From: Lingula anatina
Taxonomy: Eukaryota > Animalia > Brachiopoda
Assembly (NCBI GenBank): GCA_051362555.1
Contig: CM120648.1
Location: 7,436,587 to 7,500,586, forward strand
Direction: 5' to 3'
DNA length: 64,000 nucleotides
The notes beneath the pieces are model-generated. The model was not told where the DNA came from and did no database searches. It saw only the letters and a program-made list of their open reading frames with translations. Shown piece after piece: positions 1-13,100 of this stretch (the stretch's first letter is position 1; every line of letters starts with the position of its first letter). The translations under genes were made by a program, and so were the position numbers.

Positions 1-439
1 ATATATTAAATTTTGCCACTGAAAGAATGTTCACGTAAAGGCAGAAAACCTTGCCTCACATGACTTAAAAAAAAACGATGTCAAAAATGATGCAGTATGA
101 CAAAAAGTAACAATCAATGGATAGAAAATATTACATCCTCTTCCTGCCTTCAATTCTAGAAGGGTCCAGATGAAGTCCATCACCAATGGAGTTTTCAGTG
201 ATATAAATACCTAACAACTCACTGAATAGAATTAGTAAAATAAATGAAAGTCTACATACACAACATGAGCAACATTTAAACCGTCTGCTGCAAATCCAAA
301 ACTGATTTGACCTGTCTGTAGGCAGTGGAGAATTGACCATTTTGTTCAACCACCTGTGAGAGTAGAGGTAATAGTGCAATACATACCTTGGAAATTAATC
401 AATTTTATGGTAAACTTCACTTTTTTTAAAGAATTATTC

Positions 440-488
440 TGTGTGTGTGTGTGTGTGCGTGTGTGTGTGTGTGTGCGTGCATGCGTGT
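440..488. repeat. (GT)n microsatellite
   Basis: Direct reading. Confidence 0.9.
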
Positions 489-3400
489 TTGTGAGTGCAC
501 GTGTCCAGATGTATCTATGTGTGTATATTTGTGCTTGAACATAGTAAATACACAAAAACCCAAAAACAAAACATTGTCTGCAATCAGGAATTGACTCTAC
601 CCCCTAAACTGTCTCCCATCCCAACCCTGGGAATCCCCCTTCAAATATGAAATTTGAAATATGCCTGGAAAATTTCTAGTATATATACAATAAAACGCAA
701 AACAAACTCCAATTCTATTAAACAACAGAGATACCACCCTTCTAGAAATTGCCAAACTTATCTTCGTTAGAATCGAGATATCTTTTTCGTGTGGGAAACC
801 TGTCTCTTCAGATGAACCTGTTTAAATAGTTATTAACCTCAAGAGCGGAAAAAACAACACAGGCCTGCAATAACGCCCCTGGTCTAAAAGCCGGGTTTTT
901 TTTCCAGCTATTTCATCACCAGTGAATCCTTCTTATTAGATTTTCGATACAAGTGCTGTGTAAGTTGAAGAAGACATGACAGCAGGGAAAGATAAACAGC
1001 AAAGAAATCACAAACACCCATCAGGTTGCTTCACTTATCTAGTTTCTACCTCTCTGGCTTTGATCTAAAAGAGAAATCGTACAAAGGTATTTTTCTTGAC
1101 CCTCTTTGTTGTGCTTTGAATTAGCAGCACGTCTGCCAGTGCCCAACTCACCCCTGTGGAAGATAAATCTTGGAATTTTACGGCCACTATCAAAACATGC
1201 ACATCCTTATTATATTTGCTATTCAAAACTTTGAATAACAGACAACGCTAATCTGAAGGATGGTTTGAGTTCATCAAAGAGGGAACATGTTGGGGGCTGA
1301 CGTTTGCGTCGTATTTTCTTAATTTTTTTAGCCCTAAGAGCATGAAAAACAAGCAGGGCTAATTTGCGTGTTGTTGTTGCACGGCGGCAGGTACGCTACA
1401 TGTGACATTGCGTCACAAGCTCAAAAATTCTTCGCTTTCCATTACACCAAGAAAAGCCTAACAAATGGCCATTTTTTTCATTTTTTGGATAAGCTGAGTG
1501 TTACTCTCCATGTTGATACATTTTTAACATATAATCATCTTGAAAGAATTTCTCAAACACAAAAGGATTAAATCTAAAGATATCCCTTATCAATATGTAA
1601 CCCTATCAACTTTCCATAATAAAAAAATACCTCTACTTGGCAAAGTTTAGTCTGATAAAATGTCAAAACCAGCTGTATCCTGTATACAAGTATCCTTTAT
1701 TTTGAAAAAAAAGATTAATTAACATATCATTAATCTTAATTTGATAAGGAGTTATTTTAGATAAAATTTGTAGACATTTACTCATAATTCCATCAAAACA
1801 TTCTGTAACTCTTATTTAATATACTGGTAAAAAAGTACTAAATAGGCAAGATTTTTTTAAAAAAATTTCCCAAAACACTGACATACTTACAAGTTTATAT
1901 CTATGCTGAGTTACACTGGTCTCTTCTCTTAAAGCAAGGTGTTATTTCAATACCACCTGCTTCTACTTTACTGCTTGTTCTTGTAAATGACAAAGCATTG
2001 GATTTGTACCATTTTACAAATGGGCTTCCTTTTTCCATTGGTGCAATTTCAATTTCACTACCACAATACACTCTGTAATGTTTATATTATAATATATTGA
2101 GTTATTATGCAAGTGATGATCATAAAAACGTGATGATAGCTTTGTTTGCTCTTCTTTTTTTGTGATTTTTCTGTCTATAGATGGTTTTCCTTTTGAAAAA
2201 AAAAAGAAAAGGGGGGAAAGGAAAGGTAGAAGCACAGTATTTAAAGGAGAGAGAGAGAGAATTTTATACCTCATACAAAATCAAATTAAAAAATAATTCA
2301 TTCAAACCAATACCAGGAACTGCACAAAAATACCAAAGCCATTATTATTAGATAACACACATAGCAACTTGACACAACATCAAAATCCCATTAATTAACA
2401 ACAACAGCATTTGTTTTCTCCCCTTTGCCTTAATTATGCTGCGGGAGAACAAGTGCACATGGACAAGACAGAACCTAATCTTCTTAAAGCTTAAAAGACA
2501 GGGAAGATAAATCTTATTCCAGAGCCTAATTAATTGTTCAATTTCTGAGGATAGATATCAATTAGGGTCCCTTGAGGCCTGGCACACTTGCTGGCACAGG
2601 ATTCCACCACTGATTAATGTTTACTTACATTAATTACTCACTGTTTTCAAACATTGCAAACAGCATTGTTTGACAAAGCTAAATATGTGGATTTTGTACT
2701 ACTTCTCGTTATGTATTGTTTGGAATGTCTTAGTATAATAAACATACAGGTGTTTAAAAATAGGCAGGAAGACAGGTTGTAAAATGTAACTGTAAAAAAA
2801 TTTTAGTGCTCAATTATGTTCTGATTATTACGTATTTTACTTTTATTTGAGATTAATGATTTCCAGTCAGAGACAGAAGCATGCTTACTAGTACTCAATT
2901 GAACCCAGCTTTCTTTTTGGACTTTTAAATCCACAGTTTAAATGAAACAATGTTTTTGATTAATTAATTTTGTTTGAAATTAGGGAGTTATTACCATACT
3001 AACAAGGCAGGTGTCTAACATGAGGAACGTGAAATCTTATGGCACACGAGGACATGTTATATGGGCACATATGTAAACTGTTCATTGGTAATTAAGGTTT
3101 GATCTGATTGAAGAGAATGAAGACAAAAACATGGTTTTTTTATTGCTGGTTTGTTACTGATTTGATAACAATGTAATTTGGTCACAAATGTTTAATTCTC
3201 TCTCTCTCTCTCTCTCTCTCTCATTCAATCTCTTCCCAAATTTAACTTTCATACACAATTTCAGACATCATATCAAGGTATTTTTTTTTTCTTCAATCAT
3301 GCACATTCTTCACAATAAACAAATGGTACGTGAATCAATATTCACAGACGCTAATCAGGATATACATAGATATATGTCATGTACCCGCATAACCCTTGTT

Positions 3401-6400
3401 CCCTGTAGTTTAATTAACAAGATGAAGCCAGTGTCAGAAGGAAGACCTGTGATGAAATAAAAAAAAAGCTTCTTCTTAAGTAATCTCTTCCATGTCTCCA
3501 GTAAAATGTGCTTTGCATTCACACAATTATTTTTGATTACCACACAATTATTTTTGATTACAAATAGCTAGGTTTTTGTAAAGGCTAGTAGTTGTTGAGT
3601 ATTCTAAAATAGTAAACTGTTCATATTTGATTCCAAATTCCACCGATTTGGTGAAAAATAAAAAATCATACTATACACTGACAATGGTGTCTGGTATATG
3701 CAAAAGGGAAAAGTTGCTTGAAAACCTATCCATTATACTTTTCACTATCAATATTGCTTATCACATATTGTCAATGAAAATGAAGAGAACTGGCACTGCA
3801 AATAAAAAGAAAATTATTGTCAGATTTACACATTCATGATACATATTATTATCTATTTCAGCTAACAGAAAAGAGAGGAATCAGAAAATACAAATTTGAC
3901 TACCCAAAACCCATCACCACCCTGACCAATGCAAATTAAAACTTAAAAATTGTATAAATCAGATTACTAGTAAAAATGCAATTGATATTATAAATCTCAG
4001 CAGCCACTAAATAATTTCTTAACTTACTACATAGCATGATGCAAGACAATATCAGGGGACCAACATGTAGAGAAGACAGAAATATTAGCCTACTTTAAAT
4101 CGCATTAGGCTGCCCTATTAAGTCGGTTGTGTAAATCAATTAAATTCTCATTTTCAAAAACTGAGAACTTCTTATCAAAATCTCCATATTATTACCCTTT
4201 ATTTTCTGCCAAACCTCTACCAATTTACATCCGAGCACACGTAAGCCTATTTTCCTCAAAAGTTTATAGCTTTTGTCTAATAAAGATTCAAGTTTAATGC
4301 ATCATAAAGATAACCTGTGCGACTTAAAGAGGACAGAAATACAGGTTGGCCTTGATTAAAAGTTTTACGGTAACAATGTTCACTGTCACTGACAAGTGGA
4401 TTGGCCCCCAGGGAACATCTTGAAGATGGGAAAGGGTGGAGATGCATCATATGGACTGTAATCACCCAAAAATACAGAATTAAAAAATACGGCAAAGAAA
4501 TTGTTTTCTTGTTCGATTATGGATGATGAAGCCCACGGGGATCGTAAAGATGATCAGTGACATCCAATCCTAAGGTTAATGAGGCATGACCAATCAAATC
4601 GCAGATGAATATCTATCCGTCAACGCTTTTGTTTCGCGGTTAGTTTCCGCGATGGGGGTGCTCAACATCTCTATCAAAATATCCCTTGGGTGTAGTAATT
4701 TTCCCATTATGATGAGATGTTCGCTTCATTTTTTTCATTTCTTTCTTGTTGCTGTTCTTTTAGGCACTCAAAGTAATCACAAAACCAAAAGTCATGTGGT
4801 TGGATCCCCGAGTCATGCAATGTGGATGTTAAGTGGTAATTCTTGTCATTATGAGCAATGATCGTCTGAAAAACCGTAGCAATATTGCATGTTGTACAGT
4901 CAACTATTCTCTCTCTTCATTTTCAGAAATTAAAAAAAAAAGATTGATACCTGGATTTATAGGGCCTAATGTTGATCACTTAGTTTTCAAAAATTTCATA
5001 AAAAAGAAAAACCATTATAGAATTTTTAGGGGGTAGAGGGTGGGAGTGGGGGGGGGGGGTCACAGTTATTTAAATAAAGATGTTTCACTGCATTAATAAA
5101 TTGACCATATCATTATGTTATAAATTACTAATAGTACAATAAAATGTGATTAAAAAATTCAGATTGCAAAATGATTCACAAAAAAATTAAAGCCTCTGAT
5201 CTTTTTTTCACAGCTAAATCTGTCTTATGCTCATCAATAGTTTGCTCTACTAACAAATATAAATATATATAATCTTAATCTCATTGTTGAGTAAAAATAT
5301 CTTATCCAAAATAAAAACACTATTAGGGATATTACTTCGTCATCAGTGCCATCCTAACTTTCTGTTAAAGGAATTAGCAGTGGCAAATAAAAAGGTGTTT
5401 CCCATACGTGCATCAATTATTAAAATATATCGATTCTCAAAAAGATGATTAAGTTTCATATCTCTCAATCATAGAGAGGTAAATATCTCCATTGCCGACC
5501 AGCCTTGCCGACCAGGTAATCTGTTAGACTGGTTACAGTTAGCACTGGCGGAGCAACTGTCTCATTTTGTGTCATTCTCTTATCTATTCTAAACGATACT
5601 CTCGATAAGCAGCAGGAATGGCACTCAAGTTGTTTGGAAGATGATATAAATTGGAAACAGTCGATATTGATAAATTCTGTTGACAGTTACCATGAGAAGA
5701 GTAGAAGGCAGGGATTTTAAAACAACTTATGGACTCTTCTTTGATGTAAATAACAAGAGTATCAGTACTGACACAAATTTTAACAATAAAATGGCCTATA
5801 ATTACATCTACATTTTAAATTAAACAGTGCCCATAATTTTCTACACCAAACTCAAGATGTGCAGTTAATCACTAAAATTTGTGCCATTTTTTATACAGCA
5901 TCAAGTGTCATCAACATGTATAATCAACAAGTAATATTAAAAAGATGAATAAAAAAAAATTAATATATACTGAAGCTATCTCGGCATCATTTAGAAATGA
6001 ACTAAATATATCTGCTGATTAAAAAAAGTCTGAAGTTCTGTCAGTGACCTTTGGCAGAACTCTTACACAGCCCAGTGATAGAGATCCGCTAGTGCTATGT
6101 TAAAATGATTCACACCTTTCCCCACCCAACCAAGATAGTATTTGTTTACCCAAGACTTAAGTGGGATTGAGACCCCATACCATACTTGAAGGAAAGGAGG
6201 ATGGCTACCAGTTTGCAACTTTTTAATACTTCTTGACTGTATGATCTTATCTCTTACAAATTTCCAATGCTCTGAAGACAGGATATTTGTCTGTAGAGAA
6301 AAATAAAATGTTGCTACTTTCTCTTTTGAAACAGCCTGACATTTTATCTCATTTATGTTTATCTTAATTCCTTGTCCATTTAATAACATATAATTGGGAA

Positions 6401-6533
6401 AATAAAACACAAGGGTGCAGTATTTTAATGAGAAGACTATTTTACTTCCCTTGTCTCTCTCTCTCTCTCTCCCTCCCCCACCTTTCTCTCTCTCTCTCTC
6501 TCTCTCTCTCACAGTTTGCTGTGAGACACAACA

Positions 6534-6603
6534 TGACCTCAGCTGACCCCTATGACCTCTGTGACCTCTGTGCCCAATCACAAGGCATGTGGCACAGAGG
6601 TCA
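6534..6603. promoter_or_regulatory. Cluster of nuclear-receptor half-sites (DR4/DR3/DR3) in Prdm intron 2
   Basis: TGACCT 6534, TGACCC 6544, TGACCT 6553, TGACCT 6562, AGGTCA 6598. Confidence 0.4.
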
Positions 6604-8280
6604 GATAGCCTCAAAGTTGATCATGCAGTTTTGGGGAGAGACAGCCAGCAAACAAGGCAACCCATTTTAAGTGTTTTTTTGGGGTATTAAACAGGTCAGA
6701 AAAAATTAACATTAGATTAAATGAATTCAAAATAAAAAATGAATCAAAAATATTTGAGTGTTTGATTGTTCTAAAAGAGTACGTGGATTTTCATGGAAAC
6801 CGTATTTGGTAATTAAAAGAAGCTTTTTCATTCTGTTTTTTTTTCTTCATCCCAAGACCTTTTTCTTAAAAAAAATAACCATACCAGAAAACCACCAAAA
6901 CCACAAAGTTTAAAATGACATTTAAACTTAGAACAAAAACAAAGTGTGGGGTTTTCAATTAACCTGAAATCCTAAATTAAGAAAGAAGAGCGACCAATTT
7001 ACAGAGATAATCTTGAGGATGACTCACTTTCCTTCCCACTGGCACCTAGGCTGTATAGGATCCATCATCTATCAGGAGCCATTAAGTTTTTTATCTCCAA
7101 ATAGAAAACAGGTGATGGCTCACAATCCAGCAATTGTACTAACTGATCAGAAAAAATAAAGTTAAGGGCACATGAACCAGGATGAATTGACACTTTCAGT
7201 TTTAAGATTGTGTCAAGACAAGGGCCGTTTTGGAACGAAAATTTAATTCATTAAGTATGGTCTTAAATGCTGAAGTGCTATGAACTCTCAATGTAAACCC
7301 ATCCTCAGCACACAGCAAACTAATCGGGTAGGTTACCAAGGCAACCACTTCTGACAACAAGACTTTGATATTGTACCACCGAGGGCATGAAAACTTGTGC
7401 TACCAACAGAGGGTTTTGAATTTGGACAGACAGAGATGTGGTTCAAGAACTGGCCCATCTGACCCCTGACTATTACAACAATAGCTAGCAGTTTGTTCCA
7501 TGAACAAGTTGCATACAAGGTGCATCAGGGTTCCTTTCAATACAAAGATCCTTAGACATTTTTCAACATTCCAGAAGCCAATAACTCAGCCAAATCAGTA
7601 TTTATTTTTATTTTCTTTTTTGATTTAGTCTATAAATTAACACCATCCTTATTATACTCACCTCATAAATGTCAATTGATTACTTTAAAGCACCAATGTG
7701 GCAACTCAAACTTAAAAAAAAAAAGAACTCTGTAACTTTGTGCTTTCCTTCCTTTCTTGCTTACCCTCTGTGGCAATTTCTGTCTTTCAATAAAAAATAA
7801 TGTGAGAACAAAGGAGAATACTTCACAAGTTATGATGAAGCACCCTAAATCCACCTCAATTCATTGCGATTGTACCTGCCCCCATCTTCAACCACTAGCT
7901 TCAAGTAAAAAAAAATGGCCTGCCATCCATTGCTCCACTTATCCTCCCCCCTTCACAAAAAATGCAAATAAATAAAAAGAAATCCACACAGGGCATTTAG
8001 ATTAACTGTCTAATTGAGCTGTAGTCGTTCACTTTTTATCCTCTCACGCTCCAACGACTGCTCCCAAAATATGTTACAGTGGATTAGCAGCCTCTTCGTA
8101 TCCTGTCACTTTTAATGACTACCGACTGGGGACACCTCTCTAAACATTAAATTGGTCTCTAAGGCCCTAAAGGTTGGGTCAAGCTAGGGACCAGAAAGAT
8201 CCAATGACCATCAACTATCCATGCCTGCCAAATTCATTTTTTAGGAAAGATAAGGAAATGTTTTTTCCCTCCAAGTCAAA

Positions 8281-8281
<1 letters not shown>

Positions 8282-8331
<50 letters not shown>
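8282..8331. repeat. (CA)n microsatellite
   Basis: Direct reading. Confidence 0.95.
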
Positions 8332-8335
<4 letters not shown>

Positions 8336-9805
8336 TTGCCTGCTGAATTCAAGGTTGATCACTATCAACCAGTAATACATTCAAGCTAAATAATACTTTC
8401 TTCTTATGATGAGAATGGAAAGACCTGATAAATACTGTGAAGTTAAAATGTTTGAACATTGGCAGAAAAAAGGAACAATGCAGTCATCAGTCAAATAAAA
8501 TCAGTCCCAATGTTTACAGGCTTGTTTACATTTTCTGTCATCACAAGTTATCTTATAAGTTCACAATGAGTCCCTAAATGTTTGATGAGTAGGAGACAGT
8601 TCAATTGACTGAGAAGTTTTTAAAAGAAATTTAAGAAGTTTGTGTTATGTGTTTTTGTCATCTAGTTACGATGGCAACATTAATTTTGGACTCATTAAAA
8701 GAGTTGTTTTGACTCTGAAGAAATCCTTCAATTATCTTTAAAGTTGCTTTGCTCTTTGGTCCATCCATCTCTCTGTAGTAAATCGTGTCACTCAGTGTCA
8801 GACACGCCACTTCATTCAAGTCATAAATTTTTACAAAATCTGTTTTTAAAAGTATTTTGTCTCTTTGTATTTTTAGTTTCTTAAATCATCATTATCTAAT
8901 ATTCATTTTCAAGCCTCTTAAGATTTGATACCAGCAAATTCGAACAGTGCTACTGGAAAAATATTCTCCACCTAGCTGTAACTGCCTCTACGGTAAATAT
9001 GTTCTAAGCAAATAATCCCACGCAGCAACAGTAACACATCTATAACCAATTATTACTGTCACATTTTTTTATTCTTTGTCATCAAATTAAACAGGTTTCC
9101 TTTGACGCCAGTCTGGGCCAATCCAAAGTATTGCCTGATAATTCACAGGACACCAGAGTACAAAGTGAAATTCTAATCAATTTGCGCTGAGAAAAAAATA
9201 TGCTGTCATCGCATGTTTTTGTCACAGACGACTTGCTGATGCACTGCTTTTTTCAATCGTTAAATCAAAATGATGGAACTAACAGAGCATGAACCCTACA
9301 GAGACACCTGGAGAGCATTTCTTAATTATTTTAAACGACAAAGAAGAAGTTGAGAAGTTTTTCTCCCTTTATTCTTCCCTTTCATCTTCTCAGTACACAG
9401 CTGTATTACCCTGGACATTGATAATTTGTCATTTCTGTGTTCATAATCTTTCAGTTGACACTGTATCTTAACAATCAAGAAACCCACTTTTTAACCCCCT
9501 CCGTATCAGTTAAGGGACAACACCCTATATACTGTATTTAAGCAAATTTATGGTTTCAATGCATGCCAACTAAATCTTTTTGATGGATGGGTCCATATTA
9601 ATGAAAATGCACCTTTCCGAGTGGTTTAAAATTTGGATAGACTAATGTATTTTTCTATCAACCATCCTTCCTTTTATTAAAAGTCATTTTTAATAAATTG
9701 AATGAGAAAAGTAAGTTTTTGACATGATGCAATGTTATATTTAAAAATATATACCCTGCAATGGAGATATCAAACAAGACAAGCCACTATCGTGCTGCCA
9801 CCTAC

Positions 9806-10152
9806 CTCCCAAGCACTGGATGGGTCGGAGACAGAAGTCTTGAGTATCCCTTCAAAAGGACCAAACTTCTCTCCCTGTTCTACTGCCACCCTGGTCCAGA
9901 CCCCTAACCCTGAAAAAACTTTGGATTCTCGAAGCTCAAAATCATCTGGTATTGGAATGTCTTCCGGAATATAAACTGGAGGGTGGTGGGACAGATCGGA
10001 CGGAGATTCTGAGAAGGTGTCCTCATCAGTATGCTGACTTTCATCAACGTTGTTGTTATGGTTCATGATGCTGCATTCTTGTTCCTGCAGTCGCAGGGTA
10101 TCGTGATCTTCTGCATGTGCATCATGATCCAAATGCTGCTCTTCATTTTCAG
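9806..10152 (-). CDS. PRDM16: Prdm3/16 coding exon 2 (347 nt, N-terminal half of PR/SET domain)
   Basis: Acceptor ttcttctttctAG|CT GAA AAT; donor TGG GAG|GTAGGT; in frame with ORF 9770-10132. Confidence 0.95.
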
Positions 10153-13100
10153 CTAGAAAGAAGAATTGAGGTTTTTAATATTTGAAATCATAAAAGTGAC
10201 ATGGAAGTATTTTTGAAAATGCTGATAAATATATTTACATATAAACTATAAATTTCAACATGGTAACTTTTGAAGTGTTTTGAAAGCAACTGTTAATTCT
10301 TTGCAGATGATCATAATTGTTGCTGAGGTTTCATGTAGCCCTGCACAAATCTACACTGTGATAACTGAAACAAACACACAAATTCCATTTTCCATTATAG
10401 TATCACTTTCTTTTCACTGAAATGTATATTTTATCTGTTTTTGTAGACTGCTAAAATTGATTATACAGATAAAACAAAGATACACAATTTTTCAATGAAA
10501 ACAATCTTTCCATGACTGCGATGGCACTGGCCCAGCAGAAAAAATTATCTATTCAATTACTCTGAGTTATAGTCAAAGTGAAATTTAATTCAATAGAAGA
10601 GTCATGGTTGGGTACATCTGCCATTTTGTTGCTACTATCAGCGATGTCACTTTTATCTGGCATCGGGGCTAATTTCAATCGGCATCAGTTTTCCCATTTT
10701 TTTGACATTGTCTTGTGTTTTTTATGGGGTTTCAATCATCAGAGTTCATCTCAAGGTTCAGCCAAGTGGTTCTCTGTCTTCTGTTTTATATTGTTAACTT
10801 CTGGTGTCTGTCTGGCAATTTTTTTTCTTTTTTTTTCTTTTTCTTTTTACTTTTCCACTCTTTTCGACCAACTTAAGGTGTGTTTTTCCCTTTTCTTCTT
10901 TTTACATCTTATAGTTTTGGTTATCATTTTTGCTGGTAAACATGGAACTTGAATACTGCATGCAAGCATCATTATAGACTTCCTATCAAACAGAATCAAT
11001 CTACTACAATACTCCCCCAAAGAAATCACTAAAAATTTAAGTTGGTTTGCTTGGAATATAATACTGACAAACTGCTTTTAAGTAAAACTGTGAATGATTT
11101 GCAGGAGTCGACAAAAAAAAAAAATGGATGAGAAAGTTCCTATAAATGTGTCTAAATTTCACAATATACCTACAAAAAATATCCCAAAGCAAGCTCCAAA
11201 AAGGGGAGTAAAATGAATTAAGACAAGTCTTGGCATTTTTGTTGTTCATATCCAGATACAGAACGCCTGCAATTCCTACGATTCCAATGAAAGCATCACA
11301 CATAAACAAAAGCTGCAAAAGAATCTCAAGTTTTTCTTGGAATATTTTTAATTTTTTTTTATTTCACTCTGGTTTTGAATTCAGAAAGAGGTGCACACTT
11401 GAACCAACAATCTTACCCCAAAACCCCTTTTGTTGTCCCCTGATGAAATGGTCCGAACAATGACCATTGGATGAGACTATGCATAGAAACCATTACAAAG
11501 GAGTGGCATTTTTAATTTACTATTTGCTACTAAACCTTTTTTTTTTTTGTAACAGGTTAATCTGGCATGACCTTGTGTATCTTATAATCAAAACCTATAG
11601 AAAAAACTTGCTATCATCAATGTTAAGTAATCAAAAAAATATTAATGAAAATTACTATCTCATGAACAATGCAAACTTGAGCAACATGGTCCCATCATTA
11701 AAATTCCCACCAATGAATCCCGTCCAATGAAACATCAATATCACTATCATTTTTGTTTTATTAATTTTTTCCTCATTTTTCCCTCTCGGTGACAATGTAA
11801 ATTTAATCAACATGGTAGTCAGAATCCTTTTCCCACAACTGATAGTTACAACCCAAATGCTGATGGAATTGCTATCTTTGCTGCATTTTTTGCCACTTGT
11901 TTTACCACTCTCACTGACAATGCAAACACTTGCAGAAAGGCATCTTCAGCAATTTTCCCACAGAACTTTGCAGAAAAAAGCTGAGTGTCAGCCGCATCTG
12001 CTCTCTAAGTTTATGTTTCTGATGTTTGCAAGAAACGACAGATTGTCTATGCCTGTTTTTTTCTTCCAATGATTTTAAAAGCCTTCCCTTCCATACATGA
12101 TGATGTGTAAGAATGAGGAAATTTAAACAATGTCTGGTGTAAAAAGATATATTTACAAAAAGGAGACTCTCTGTACTGTTAAATGGCTTGAAAAAGGGAA
12201 CTTCATTTTTCAAATGATAAACGAGAAAATGATATTCTAAAAGAGATTAATATTAGTGTTGCAGTATGGCTAAGAAGTGTATCAAAAACATCAAATAAGT
12301 TATTAAATGAGACTAATAGAAAATAACCTTAGTGATGATACAAGTTGCATTATTTTACCCCCATGAATGCAGAGAAAACCAAGATTGAGAGACCAAGATG
12401 TCATATACACAACAGTCATACATAACTCTACTTTATTAACAACTTTTCCCCTCTACCCCTCTATCTCCCTCAAACTCCCCCCCCCCCCACCCACCCCTGG
12501 CAATCTTTTCCACTACCATTATCCTACTTTTCTTATCAATCCACCCTGTTAAATAAAACAGAATACCCACTACAACATTAACAGTTAGCAATTAAGCCAA
12601 CTATTCCATCATATCAGAATACCACTGTTTAATTATTATACAGAGGCATATATCAAATGAAGATCAAGCCATCATTCAAGGGAAATATGATTTATTTCTA
12701 AATAAAAAAAGGGCCAAATAGTCTTATCAATTATTATTTTTCTGCTACAGACACAGACAGTCTAAAATGCAATAATTTCAACTGGCACATGTGATCAGTA
12801 AATTTTCCCAGTGACAGACATTTTTATCATTATTCTTCAGTTGCAGTGGCCGTGAAAATTTATTCCTCTTCTTTGCTTAAAGGCTGCTTTTGTCTTTACG
12901 CTTTGATCTTCGCCAGAAGAAAAAACTCCCCAAACTAGCTACATTAGCCTTTTCACTGACCTATCATCTTTTTAATCTATTATGTTTAAAAAGATGATAC
13001 TTTAGTTTTTTTTCCACCATATGGCACTTTGAAGTGGTGCATGGGAAGCTAAATTCAACCACTTGCCGCAGGATCGGGTAATTGCCTTCCTACCCTCTGC

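Noticed and set aside
131-9805. Search for Prdm exon 3 (second half of the PR domain) and ORFs such as 131-379 and 6063-6614
   Set aside because: No IDAS/NW.KY-like motif seen; ORFs are low-complexity or microsatellite-driven, so exon 3 is presumably outside the window.
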